Source: Cyanophora paradoxa CCMP329 (taxonomy: Eukaryota; Plantae; Glaucophyta). Taken from it: DNA of 55,004 nt. The notes under the pieces were generated by a model. The model ran no database searches. It was not told where the DNA came from and saw only the letters and a program-made list of their open reading frames with translations. The stretch's first letter is position 1, and each line of letters starts with the position of its first letter. The position numbers and the translations under genes were made by a program. Below, in pieces: positions 1-11,047 of this stretch. The stretch is from the NCBI GenBank assembly GCA_004431415.1, contig QPMI01000285.1:1-55004 (forward strand), given 5' to 3'.

Positions 1-3000
1 TCAGGTGGGAAGGTTAACGGAGGATTTGTGATATGCTCCCATAAATGTGTATGGGCGAAATCTGTGATTGATCTTTGTGTGAGTATGGGCAAAAATCTGT
101 TATTTGATCTTTGGTGTGTGTATGGGCGAAATCTGTGATTTGATCTTTGTGTGAGTATGGGCGAAATCCGTAATATCTGCTTTTGTGTGTTTTTGTTTTG
201 CTAACCAATCTAAAACAACATTCGATGTTGGATGATGTGGTAGAGTTGCATTTTTGGTAACTGTGAGATTTTCAATAAATATATTGCTCGAATTAATTTT
301 AAGATCTTCATTATTCAATATGGGCTGCGTATTTGGAAATCCATACAATAATTGTATATAATATCTAACCGCGTTCTTTTCTTCAATAGATAACGCACGA
401 TTGAAAACGATAATTTCGGCAAGATCTCCATTAGCAACAGAAGAACCAAATGATGCAAAATTAGAAGGTGGAAGAAAATCACCCGATGAAGTTCCAATAT
501 CAATACCACCCATTCCTACGACAATTTGCTCTGAGGAAACAGTGAAATCCCAATAATTCCACGAATTATAATATATGATGCATCGAATAATGGAGGAGTT
601 GCATTTTCTATATCGTTTTGAATTTGAGTGAAACCCAAACTTTTGATTTTTACAACCATATCCAATCCAATTTTGATAAGAACTATCCCTTATACTCAAC
701 ATATAAGAAGGATTTGTAGTATTGATCCTACCTATAAAGAATAATGTAAGACCTAATGACCAATCTATTGAAACACTATTCCTATAAGCCATGTTTAATT
801 CTTTCCCAATCGAAATTTGATTGTTCAGGGTTGCATTCAAATAATAATAAACAGTTTCCCAATTCGAATATTTGTAATATGGTATCTGTGTAGTAACTCT
901 GTTATATATCTGACCTTGAAATATATCAACTGACCATGTTGACCTGATGCTTTCCATGCAAATATACAATTTGGAATAATTGGGGCTGGATCAATGACAG
1001 TAGTAACAGCATAGTAAGGTCTATAAAGTATTTGTATAGTATTTTGTGTTCCAATTGTTATATTTCGATACACTGTAAGATTACTTGTGTAAATATCATC
1101 TGCCCATAGTTACTTGCCAATGTTACTTGCCCATAGTTACTTGATATGTTACTTGTATAAAGGTTACTGGTGAAAATGTTACTTGTGACTGTAAGGTTTG
1201 TGTCATTTTTGATCACAAAAAGAGAAAGAATGTTTGTTAATTCACCTTCATCAATATATCCTTGCTCTTCTAAATAATCCTCTGTGACCACTCTCGAAAT
1301 GTTCTCATTGTGTATGTTTTTTGCAGCCATCCTCTGATTGGCTTCCAGAACCCCACCATAATCTGTTTTAATCCATGCAAGCTCTGCCCTCCATAATTAT
1401 CATTTGCAGTTCCCACTATGGGAATGTAGGAATATTTATCTCGACTGAAACTATCATTGGTCTTGAGCCATCTAAACTGCTTACATCTGCTACATGAACC
1501 TGTATAGCAGAGTTGTAATTTTGGTAGGTTGCTGGGTCTGTTGGGACTCTGAATGTATCTGTGGGAATGTCAGCCTCCATGTAGCTTGACACAAAGATAT
1601 TTGGTATGGTTGCTCCTGGTTCAGGTGGTGGATCATAAGAGCCTGGTATGTCCTAATATGAAGTGGTCCTCTCATAGCTGAATTTGCAAGTGTCCATTCA
1701 CATGACATAGTGTTCATTCAAAAAATCCTTTCAGGGACATTGCAAGTCTGGTAAAGAGAAACCCCCAGTTATCAAGAGGCTCCACCTTTGCGAATCTGGT
1801 TGTCATTTTCTCATCCCAAGTATGTTCATGTTTGCTTGGTGGGAAACTCAGTAGGTATCCCATCAATTTCACCCCAATCATGCCTGTGATCCTCTGGTGG
1901 ATACTTTTGAGGTTTGCCTAAGATCTCATCCAATCATGATTGTGATCCTCTGGGGGATACTTTGCAGGTTTATTATTAATTTGTTCATAATCAGGAAAGA
2001 ACTCCCAGATCTCAGGTCGAAATCCATCTGTAATAATTCCTCATGGGGTTCATAAGGTTGCTCATAATCAACAACTGGTGGATCATGCCCATCTGGCAAA
2101 TACTCCTCATCAGGTTCATAGTTCTGCTCATACTCAAACTCTTGAGGATCTAAGCCATCTGGTAGTATCTCCTCCTCATTGGGGTCAAATTGATCATACT
2201 CATACTCTTGTGGGTCAAAACCATCTGGTAAATACTCCTCCTCATCTGGAACGAATTGATATTCTTCAAGCTCTAATATATCGATTTCAGGAGGTAAATA
2301 CTGCTCATCTATTTGCTTTCTGGGTTCAATTATAGGTTTATTGCGAACTTGCTCCCACTCACATATGCTGCCCAAAGGCTACATCTTCAGTTGCTGTGTA
2401 TTCTCTTCCAGGCTGCTTCTTTGGTGTTAGATCGGGTGTCCATTGGGAAATGGAATAGGGAATGGGACAGTAGGTCCATTGGGACCATAATGCTCAATGA
2501 TTTCCCTTAGAGTTTTCTCACTAACAAGCTTCTCTCATTTGCATACACATTGCTGCCATGGATATTTCGCCATTGCCTGGTTCGAATTCCAAGGTCTTTC
2601 ACATTGCTATACAAAGGCAAAAGGTGCCTATCCATTTCGACTAAATCAGGATGCAAATGGATTGCTACTGGTTGACTGGGCTACTGTTGATTGTAATTGA
2701 TGGCTTTTTTTGATGGACATCTTTTGGAGTAAAGAACCCAAAGGCTCATTTCTTGCAAAGTCATATGTAATATCCTTGGGGTAGACATCATTTGTGTAGG
2801 AGACCTGATTGTATTGGCAATGGGACCCACTTGCAATACTTGGGGGACCTCAGCTTTTGCAGTGCTGCCCTCATTGTAAATTCGTAAAGCTGTGTTCTGT
2901 TTGCCCTGCTCATCTTGAACATTGAAAATCAATCGACCACTATCGAACCTGGAAGGTATATCTGGATGAGTGCCACTGGTTTTGAGTTTCTAGGTCTCCT

Positions 3001-3255
3001 TCTGGTGGCTTTGATCTCTGCCACTTGGTTTGCTTTCACATTACCCAAACTAAAAGCTACACTGACATCCTCTTTATCTGGATCAGTTTGATTCACAGAT
3101 AAAGCATGCTCCCTTGATTGAGTCTTTGATGAATTATCAGAGCTGTGGTCAATTGAAACTGAACCCTTTACTTTAATATTATCAAAGTTCACATGCTTGG
3201 TGTGCTTGCATTATCATCTTGAATGGTTTCTAGATGGTGGGTAATTGAAGCTCAT
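1..3255 (-). CDS. Large modular fibre/spike protein, copy A (N-terminal part; frameshifted; runs off window)
   Basis: ATG at 3255 equivalent to 53525 in copy B. ORF fragments 2929-3192, 2681-2932, 1926-2375, 1058-1330, 837-1073 and 100-969 are collinear with copy B. Contains acidic LPDG repeats, HxH repeats and a LamG-like domain (AEIIVFNRALS). Confidence 0.8.
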
Positions 3256-3298
3256 GGCTTTTACTATATGGATTTATAAAATTCCTGATAAGTAAAAG

Positions 3299-4848
3299 AT
3301 GCCTCTCAAAGTAGTTCTCAGTTTGTCAGGGGAGGTGCAAGGGCATTATCATAACCAGGCTGCTCAAAGAAATCGAAAATCGAACTGGCAGGAGAATAAT
3401 CGATCTTGTGGATCTTGTGAGTGGAACTTCCACTGGTGGGATCATTGCTATTGGGTTAAACATCAGGCATCCTGATAAACCAGGTGAACCTAAACTGACA
3501 GCAAACGATTTACACAATATTTACCTAACTCAACTGCCCTTGATTTTCGCAAATCCTCGAAATATCATTGAAAATGCCCTATTTAACACAAAGTATGATG
3601 TGGGACCCTTGGAGACTGCAATCAATTCAGTTACTGGTGAATCACTAATACAGGATTCCCTTAAGACATTGTGATCACATCCTTTGATACTCAGAATATG
3701 AAACCAATATTTATCACAAATGACAACAATTACAACTTTATGCCTTGTAAGATTGCTGCTAGGGCTACTTCTGCTGCTCCTACATATTCTCTCCTGTAAG
3801 CATTGTTGATTTCAATAGGGGAGTATATGTCTGTCTCATTGATGGTGCCATTTCGGGAAACAATAATCCCAGTGTGTGTGGTTACAGCCATGCAAAGAAG
3901 ATTTACAGTGATGATGATGATATTATAGTAATAAGCATCTCTTGTGGTGAGGTAGACCCACATTTAGAGTCTGATTATGTGGGTTATGCTTATGAGACTG
4001 TAAACAGCTGGGGCATTCTCTCATGGATTGCCTCAACAGATGGAAGCCCATTGATTAACATGCTCATGGCTGCAAGTGAGCTTTCTGCCCTTGATAAGAT
4101 GGAGGAGTTGTTACCCTACAACTATGATCAGGATTATGGGAGATACTATAGGTTATCAGTCCCTCTTCCAAATCATATAGTAAGCTCCCTGGATGACACA
4201 TCTAAGATCCCAGACATGCTTGCATTCACTGAAACATACATTGCAGCAAACAATGATATGATCAATAAGCTTTGCAGCCTTCTAGTAGCAAACTATGAAC
4301 TAAAGAACCCTTCAAAGGCTTACATTTCATCCACTCTCACTACATCACCTCCTTTGGATGCCAATTGGTATCAGCTTGCAGATGATGCCTTTACTGCCTC
4401 ATCCTCTGTGACAGGTAAGAGCCTTCATGGCAAGACCTTCAGCATTTGGCTGGGAAGCTGGAGCCTTTGCTCCTGAGCAGATATGGGAAACCCCCACTGA
4501 ATACCTTCAAGTTGCTTTCCCATACACTTTTGAACTCTCCTCTGTGATTGCCTATGGCTCAGGGGACACCAATGCTTTTATTAAGACTTTCAATGTGGCA
4601 ACATCCACTGATGGGATCAACTGGTCTTTTATTCGATCAGATGGGCAAAACAAAATGTATGTCTGTGAGAACATTAACAATGCTCACAACTCAGGTGATG
4701 TGGCTCTATTGAGTGGATTTCCTCTCAGCATCAAGGATGCTTTTTACATAGGTTATTCTCTGAGAATCAAGTATATTCGCATTTATCCCTTGTGTATGTG
4801 AATGCTCCCACAATGAGAGTTGACTTTACAGGTGCCTTTATTCGATAA
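3299..4848 (+). CDS. Patatin-like phospholipase with C-terminal F5/8 type C (discoidin) domain, copy A (frameshifted)
   Basis: GTSTG nucleophile elbow and DGA motif (GGGARG intact in copy B). C-terminal FTASS..W..EYLQV..STDGINW..IRIYP..MRVDFTG is discoidin-like. Restoring one base at ~4790 gives the stop at 4846-4848. Confidence 0.88.
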
Positions 4849-5767
4849 ACTCCAACTGAAAAGAATTATCGATTCCATTCATATCAATCAGTTCACCAAA
4901 GTAATCTTTAAACTCCACAGTGAGTTCCCTTATCACCAGGTTTCTGTCATTGATTTGAATAAATTCTGCATGTTCACCACTATGGTAAACATAGCCCCCT
5001 ATATCTTTACTCAATTGCAATCTAAGGATAGCTCCCTGATTTGTGGTTGCGATTTTGGAATTATATTGTGTCTGCTGGCAAAGGGGACAGCTCTTTAATA
5101 TGCATGTACAGATACTGCTCAGCATTCATATCAGACATCTTCCTGCTGTCAAAATAATATTGCAAGGGCTTAGAGGAGAGTCTGGGTCCTGAGAAGGTGA
5201 TTCCCCATGCTGGGTGATCAGGTGTAATAGGTTTGCCATCATACTTTAACAGGTTCTCAGGTCGATAGGGTGATCCACCAACAGGAGGAGTGCTATAATA
5301 CCCAGTGGTGTATTCAGTAGAACTTACACCCAAAAGCTTTCCTATTCTCTGGTTGCTTGCAATAAAACGAAACTCATGGTTACTGTAAAACTCCACTTTA
5401 TAGGTTGTTGGGTTGTAGAATATCTTGAACTCAAAAGCTACTGTTTTGCCTGCAATAGTTTGGAAGCTTGAATAGTTCAGCCCATAATTATAAGGGTGTG
5501 TTACCCCAAAATGACCCTGATTGATGTAGCCACTGGGAAGGGGATACACTTGTTGTGTGATCACTTGGTTATATGAACCATCTTGGTAATTAAACTGAAC
5601 TGTTAGATGATCAGTTCCCACACTGTTATAGATGCTGTTTGGAATCTCTGCATATAGAACCCTGCATTCCCTTGGTCTCTCTACTGGAGTTGTGAGGGTG
5701 ACCCTGTAAGAGTTTTCATTTTGTCCTTGCTTCTATCCCTGCTATCAATATTAACGAGCCGGTTCAT
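4838..5767 (-). CDS. Minor capsid protein (penton) 1, frameshifted
   Basis: N-term MNRLVNIDSRDR...VLYAEIPNSIYN and C-term LTVEFKDYFGELIDMNGIDNSFQLE match the PLV/NCLDV single-jelly-roll penton pattern. Confidence 0.82.
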
Positions 5768-5795
5768 TTTAATATATAAATATAGATAAAGAAGA

Positions 5796-6803
5796 ATGCC
5801 TGTGGATTACATCGAGGTTAGCTCATTTAATACAATCTCTGGTGATGGTCCCACATCAAGCTTTGTGGCTAGACTCCCCAGTACTTATGAGAATGTGAGG
5901 GCTGTGAGACTGGTCTCAGCCGAATTTTATAACAGCATCCCTATGGTGAGTGGTGAAACCAAAGCAGGAGATATAACAGTTGACAACACTTTTAGTATTT
6001 ATTATTCTGAAGAGCTTGCGGGAGCTGGAATTACAGGAATTCCAACAACTCGCCCAGCTGCTGATTTTGAACAATGGAAACAATTCATTGTAAATCGCGA
6101 AACCCCCATTCAAAACCACCAACAGCTGGTGAATGTTATAAATGAAAAGTTTAATGACAGAAATCCTAAACCATCTGTTCGCTGCAAATGGGATGAGTCA
6201 CTGAAACGAATTATATTCCATTCCGAAAAAAGTTTTACCTGGCTTTCTCACTTGCTGTAGACCCAAACCTGAAAACAATCCAAAAGCTGTTAAGCTCAGC
6301 TCGACTTTTTGGTCTTGATCCTGGAAGATATGGTAATTCCCCAATCAAATCACAGGTCTATGATGCTCTCACTGATGGAATCTTTACTGGAACTCGAGTA
6401 AACGGTATTATATCTTCATTTGAGCCTGAAATGACCAGGGACAGTGTTTTGTTTGTGAGAGTAAAGGAGCTGGGTGATCTGGTGCAATGTGGGATGGTCT
6501 CCTGACTGGTTACTTCCATAAAATAGTGGTCCCTGACAAAGATTATGGTGAGCATGTAGTTTACAATTCGACAGAGGCTCATCCACTTTACAAATACTAT
6601 AATAGAAGGTTGGATTATCCACTTTCTCGGTTGATATTGTGAATGCTGTTAATGAACCAATTGATTTCGAGGGTCAACCTGTTCATCTTACCTTTGAAAT
6701 TCGCTATGGTGATGAGCCAGCTGGGGACCCAGTTTATGAATACTATAAGATGAGAATGTCGCAGCTTCACCCTTCCTATCCAGTTATTACAAACTTCGCA
6801 TAA
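5796..6803 (+). CDS. Minor capsid protein (penton) 2, frameshifted
   Basis: N-term SSFVARLPSTYENVRAVRLVSAEFYNS; C-term in shifted frame LSTFSVDIVNAVNEPIDFEGQPVHLTFEI, stop 6801-6803. Directly upstream of MCP. Confidence 0.8.
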
Positions 6804-6855
6804 ATTAAGGATCATTGGTAGATTTTTATGTTGCAGTATAATAAAAGAGAATATA

Positions 6856-8224
6856 ATGGATATCACTTCCACTCTTCAAAGACTTTCGCTGAAAGAAGCC
6901 CTAACAACCCCAGAGGAGGCGAAAGCCTTTTTCCTGGATAACTCCCTTATGCTTGGTCTCGAATCCAAGTCTAAGCCAGTTCTAGTTGTTGTGAATCCTA
7001 GTAATACTTTCACAAATAATGTAGGAAATCGCATTTCCTTCAAGCTACCTCGCTACAATTTCTGTGGAAAACTCGAACTTGCTTTTGACCTTCCAGCTAT
7101 CACTTTTGCTGGTGATACTGATCTAGTTCGCAATGGATACACTCGCCCAGTTGGTGCTTTAGTTCAGCGACTTGAAATTACCTATGGATCTTACACCTAC
7201 CATATTCCATCTGATTTCCTTGCTCATTTCCCCCTGGTCTATTATTCGGAGGATCAACTAGCTAAAAAGAAACGATCAATGGGCATGGTTCATGGCATCC
7301 CTGCTCATGGAACCAACCGACTTGGTGGCTCATTTTTCGTTGAAATTCCAGTGCCTTGGCTAAATCACTACCTTCCCCTTGGTGCTTTATCTGGTGAAAT
7401 GGTTGTTACTGTTTGGTTTAAGGATGTTGGAAAAGGCTATGTTGAAACATCCTATGGTGGTCGTGGTCTTACTGTTGCAGCAGCTGATGTAGATTATTCA
7501 AAAGATGATGGTCTTGGAACTGCCCCTGCTGAAACTGTTCTGGCAAATGTTGGTCAAAACATCACAGACTTTACTCTTGGTGCAACAACTCCTGAAATTT
7601 CAATTACTTCTCCTCGCTTTATATGCATGCTATTAATGTTTCTGATGAGCTTTTCGCTACTGTAATTGAAAAGTTAAGACTACTGGCATGGCTATTCCCT
7701 CCCTTGATATTGGATTTGTTGATGCTATTGCTTTCCCTGCTAAGGGCAATGCCCAACCCAATCGAATTAACCTCTCTCAAATCTCAGGTCTTGTATATGC
7801 TCTGCTTGTTTCAGTTCGTGATAATGCAACTGTTGACAAATCCAATGGCTCCCACAGTGTTCTTAAGACCTATGCCAACTCCAAAGACATAACATTTACA
7901 ACTGAAATAAATGGTCAGCGACTTTTTGCCACTGAGCCAATTTCCCTACTCAAAGGTGCTGAGCTAATTGCTGATGCCTTCAAATGCTCTAACATGGATA
8001 AGGTTGCTGATCGCTATGTCCTTTCAGGATTGCCTTTCTGCCTTGATGGAGAAAAGGCGATTCGAAATATTGCCCAGTCTGGTTATGTTGATTTAACAAA
8101 TTCCTCCTCTTCATTCCTCACCCTCTACATGCCTTCAGATAAGGTAATCGATGTTAATGTTCGCGCTCTCATGCATAGCTTTATTATTGTCGACAAAGAT
8201 GGTTTACGCAGAATTAATTTATAG
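6856..8224 (+). CDS. Major capsid protein (double jelly-roll), one frameshift near 7620
   Basis: SFKLPR..LELAFDLP..GALVQRLEITYG..FVEIPVPW..YLPLGAL..VVTVWF resembles the DJR MCP N-terminal barrel. ~455 aa combined; sits between penton and ATPase. Confidence 0.82.
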
Positions 8225-8289
8225 ATTGTTACGATATTCAGTCTCCCTGCATTATTTTTATATGTCTTTATTAAGAAAGATATACAACA

Positions 8290-8983
8290 ATGACTGATTT
8301 GGATGAATTTGTGGCTGGTGAAATGATAGAACCACCATTTCGTGTATTGGCAATAGGAAAATCAGCAACTGGTAAATCAGAAGCTGTAAAGTATTGGTTA
8401 AAGCAATTACATGATGCCAAAAAGATTGATGTTGTATTAGTTGTGAGTGGAACCAGCTTCAATCATTTCTGGGATAAAGTGGCAACACTGCAACTGGGAA
8501 AATGGGATGCCCTTACATTGCTAAATTGCTAGATGAGAGGCAAGAGAAAATAGAGAAAGGTGAACCTGTTAACCAATTGTGTGTGGTTTTAGATGATTTA
8601 ATCGATAATGAGATAGTCGATCTCACAAGGATAAAATAATCGGATCTCTGTATTCCAGAGGTCGCCATTCGAAAATATCCATTATCTGCATCACACAAAA
8701 GCTAAGAAAAGTCTCTTCGACTATTCGAGTAAATTCGGATTATGCAATGTTTCTAAGTGCTGCAAATCGCAAAGAACTGGAAGCCATAGAGGAAGAATAC
8801 AATATAATGCGAAATAAAGAGGATTTCTACAAGATGTTTGAAGAGTATGTTCACTCCTATCAGTATATCATTTGGTCCTCTGCAAACTACTCAGTTAAAT
8901 ACTATGTAGATAAAGCTGAGCTTGTGAAAGATTTCCCATTTCCTCGCTTCCACAGGAAGCCAAAAAGAAAGAAGATGAACTGA
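8290..8983 (+). CDS. A32-like (FtsK/HerA) genome packaging ATPase, frameshifted
   Basis: Walker A GKSATGKS; Walker B CVVLDD (~8580-8597); RGRHSKISIICITQ motif (~8657-8698). Confidence 0.9.
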
Positions 8984-9096
8984 AACCACCAGAGAAAGAG
9001 GAAGCCCCAAAGAAGTGAAAAGCCAAGTCCATAGCAATAAATTGATGCGATATAAACGCGGTTTATAAAATTATCTCTCATTCTAATAAAGATACA

Positions 9097-9828
9097 ATGC
9101 CTCCCAAACGAAAGATAGGGATCCCAGCTGGGGCTGTTGGCTATTCAGGTGGTGGAAACAATGGATCCATTAACACAGACCCACTGAAATTCAATGGTAT
9201 GAATGAAGTGAAGCCCTCTCAACAACAAGAAGACCCCCTCAATGCTGCCTATGAGGAATCATTTGATGACAAAGCCCACAGGCTTCAACCAGTGACCAAC
9301 TCAACATTTCACCTGAAGCCTCAAAGATGAAGGCTGTTGCTGAGGGAGCCAGGCGAATTATTGGTGCTGCTGATGATAAAGGTTTAGGCTTGCAAGATCT
9401 TTCACTGGCTCGCAAAGGTGAAGGTCTAAGTAAGGAATCAGACAAGGTTATCCAGTCTATGGCTGGTGAAGTCACATATAAGACTGCTCCCACTCAAAAT
9501 ATTCATCGAATTCCCAAGGCTCAATGGGATGAGGTGACTGCTAAACTCAAAGATCTGGAAGCCAAATCAAGTGCCTTGGAGCAGTATGTTACTGAGAAGA
9601 AAGAGAGGCTAAGCTAAAGGAGATGCTTCGAAAGGAAGTTTATAAAATGGGCATTACTGGTGTCCCAGATAAACAGTTTATTGCTAAGAAAGAGACCCAA
9701 ATCGATGAGCAAGCAGTAGATGAAATGAAAACAAAGACCCAAAAGGAACCATTGAACCTGGTGCCACTAAAGCTGAAGTAGAAAAGGGAGTAGCTCCCAC
9801 AGTATATAAAAGACGAGTTTGGCTTTAA
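9097..9828 (+). CDS. Hypothetical viral protein (MPPKRK start; frameshifted; 3' end uncertain)
   Basis: Abutting ORFs 9097-9330 and 9327-9617 and a downstream frame share element-type codon usage; upstream TAATAAAG motif. Confidence 0.5.
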
Positions 9829-9850
9829 TTTTCTCTGTTTTATTAGAGAC

Positions 9851-10123
9851 ATGGATATAATACGAAAGTTTATTGAGATGCTCAGTCTGCATGTGGTAAG
9901 CAATTGCCACAGTGGATGCTGTGACACAACAATAGAGTTTGAGATGTCAGATACTGAGGATAATGCCTCAGAAGCAAGAGAGAGAAGGAGGTCTACGATT
10001 TCTGTGGAGTCAATGCCAGCAGACCCCAATGAGTATGCATATGAGCAGCAGGAGTATCCAAGGAGAAGTTCTTTACCAGCAGAAAACGTTTTCTCTGGGA
10101 ATATAAATGGAGGACACTATTAG
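9851..10123 (+). CDS. Hypothetical 90-aa protein
   Basis: ORF with upstream TATTAGAG motif; no recognisable domain. Confidence 0.5.
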   Translation: MDIIRKFIEMLSLHVVSNCHSGCCDTTIEFEMSDTEDNASEARERRRSTISVESMPADPNEYAYEQQEYPRRSSLPAENVFSGNINGGHY

Positions 10124-10352
10124 TTTAATCGAGTTTACCAGTGATGAACCTGTTACTGAGGGTTCTATTAGACACATTCTAGCAATGCAGAAACGATATA
10201 GAGAGGACCCAGAATATAGAGAGTATAAAAAGCAGCAAGCCCTGGCATCCTATTATCGCAGAAAAGCCCAAAAAGAGGAGCAGAGACCCAGAGGGAGACC
10301 GATTAAATATTATTTGCCTACTGATAGTAGCAATGGACCCCCAGGTCTATAA
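10107..10352 (+). CDS. Small basic protein with AT-hook-like motif
   Basis: KRYREDPEYREYKKQQAL..YY..RPRGRPIKY; similar to 10505-10831. Confidence 0.65.
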   Translation: MEDTISLIEFTSDEPVTEGSIRHILAMQKRYREDPEYREYKKQQALASYYRRKAQKEEQRPRGRPIKYYLPTDSSNGPPGL

Positions 10353-10504
10353 GATAATTGAGAAAAAGCGGTCTCAGTATGCCACTGAGGCAGCTATAAA
10401 AGTTTACAGACAGGAACTGGTGTTCGCAACAAAAAATGACTTAAGGAAAAAGTAGATAGATTGTATTGAGGAAAAATTATTTTCGTATCTACTATTAAAG
10501 AGAA

Positions 10505-10831
10505 ATGCCAAATATCCGCAAGATACTCACAGATGATGAAAAAGCAGAGAAGCTGAGACTGAAAAGGGAGCAAGATGCCCAAAGAAAACGCGAAGCCTAT
10601 CATAAAAAGAAGCAGGAACGATTATCCCAAGGAGCCGCTACAGTTCACACACCAGAAGAACTCAAAAAGATTGCCCTCAGACACCAGTGGAAATACAGGG
10701 AAAATGAAGAATATCGCGAGCAAAAAAAGGCAAAAGCGCTGGAATATTACCACAAGAAGAAAGATGAACAGCCCAAGAAACCCAAAGAGCATAAACCGGT
10801 TGGAAGACCTCGGAAATATATCGAAGAATAA
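10505..10831 (+). CDS. Small basic protein with AT-hook-like motif (paralogue of 10107-10352)
   Basis: KYRENEEYREQKKAKAL..YY..KPVGRPRKY. Confidence 0.7.
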   Translation: MPNIRKILTDDEKAEKLRLKREQDAQRKREAYHKKKQERLSQGAATVHTPEELKKIALRHQWKYRENEEYREQKKAKALEYYHKKKDEQPKKPKEHKPVGRPRKYIEE

Positions 10832-11047
10832 ATTCTCGATCGAAACAAATTTTGTAGAAATCGATTTGATCGGAGGCAAAAAAATGACAGCTTTCTTCCC
10901 TCTTTTTTAAAACTGTACCTATATATCGAGACAGTATCCCGACCCAAAACTACTTAAGGACTTGGCAAATAATAGGATATATATAAAGACAATTCCTCCT
11001 TCCGAAATTATTTTCTTCGTTAAAGGTAGAAGTCCCCAAAATCGAAA

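Noticed and set aside
200-1272. Diversity-generating retroelement acting on the fibre
   Set aside because: No template/variable repeat pair with adenine-specific differences and no DGR reverse transcriptase seen.
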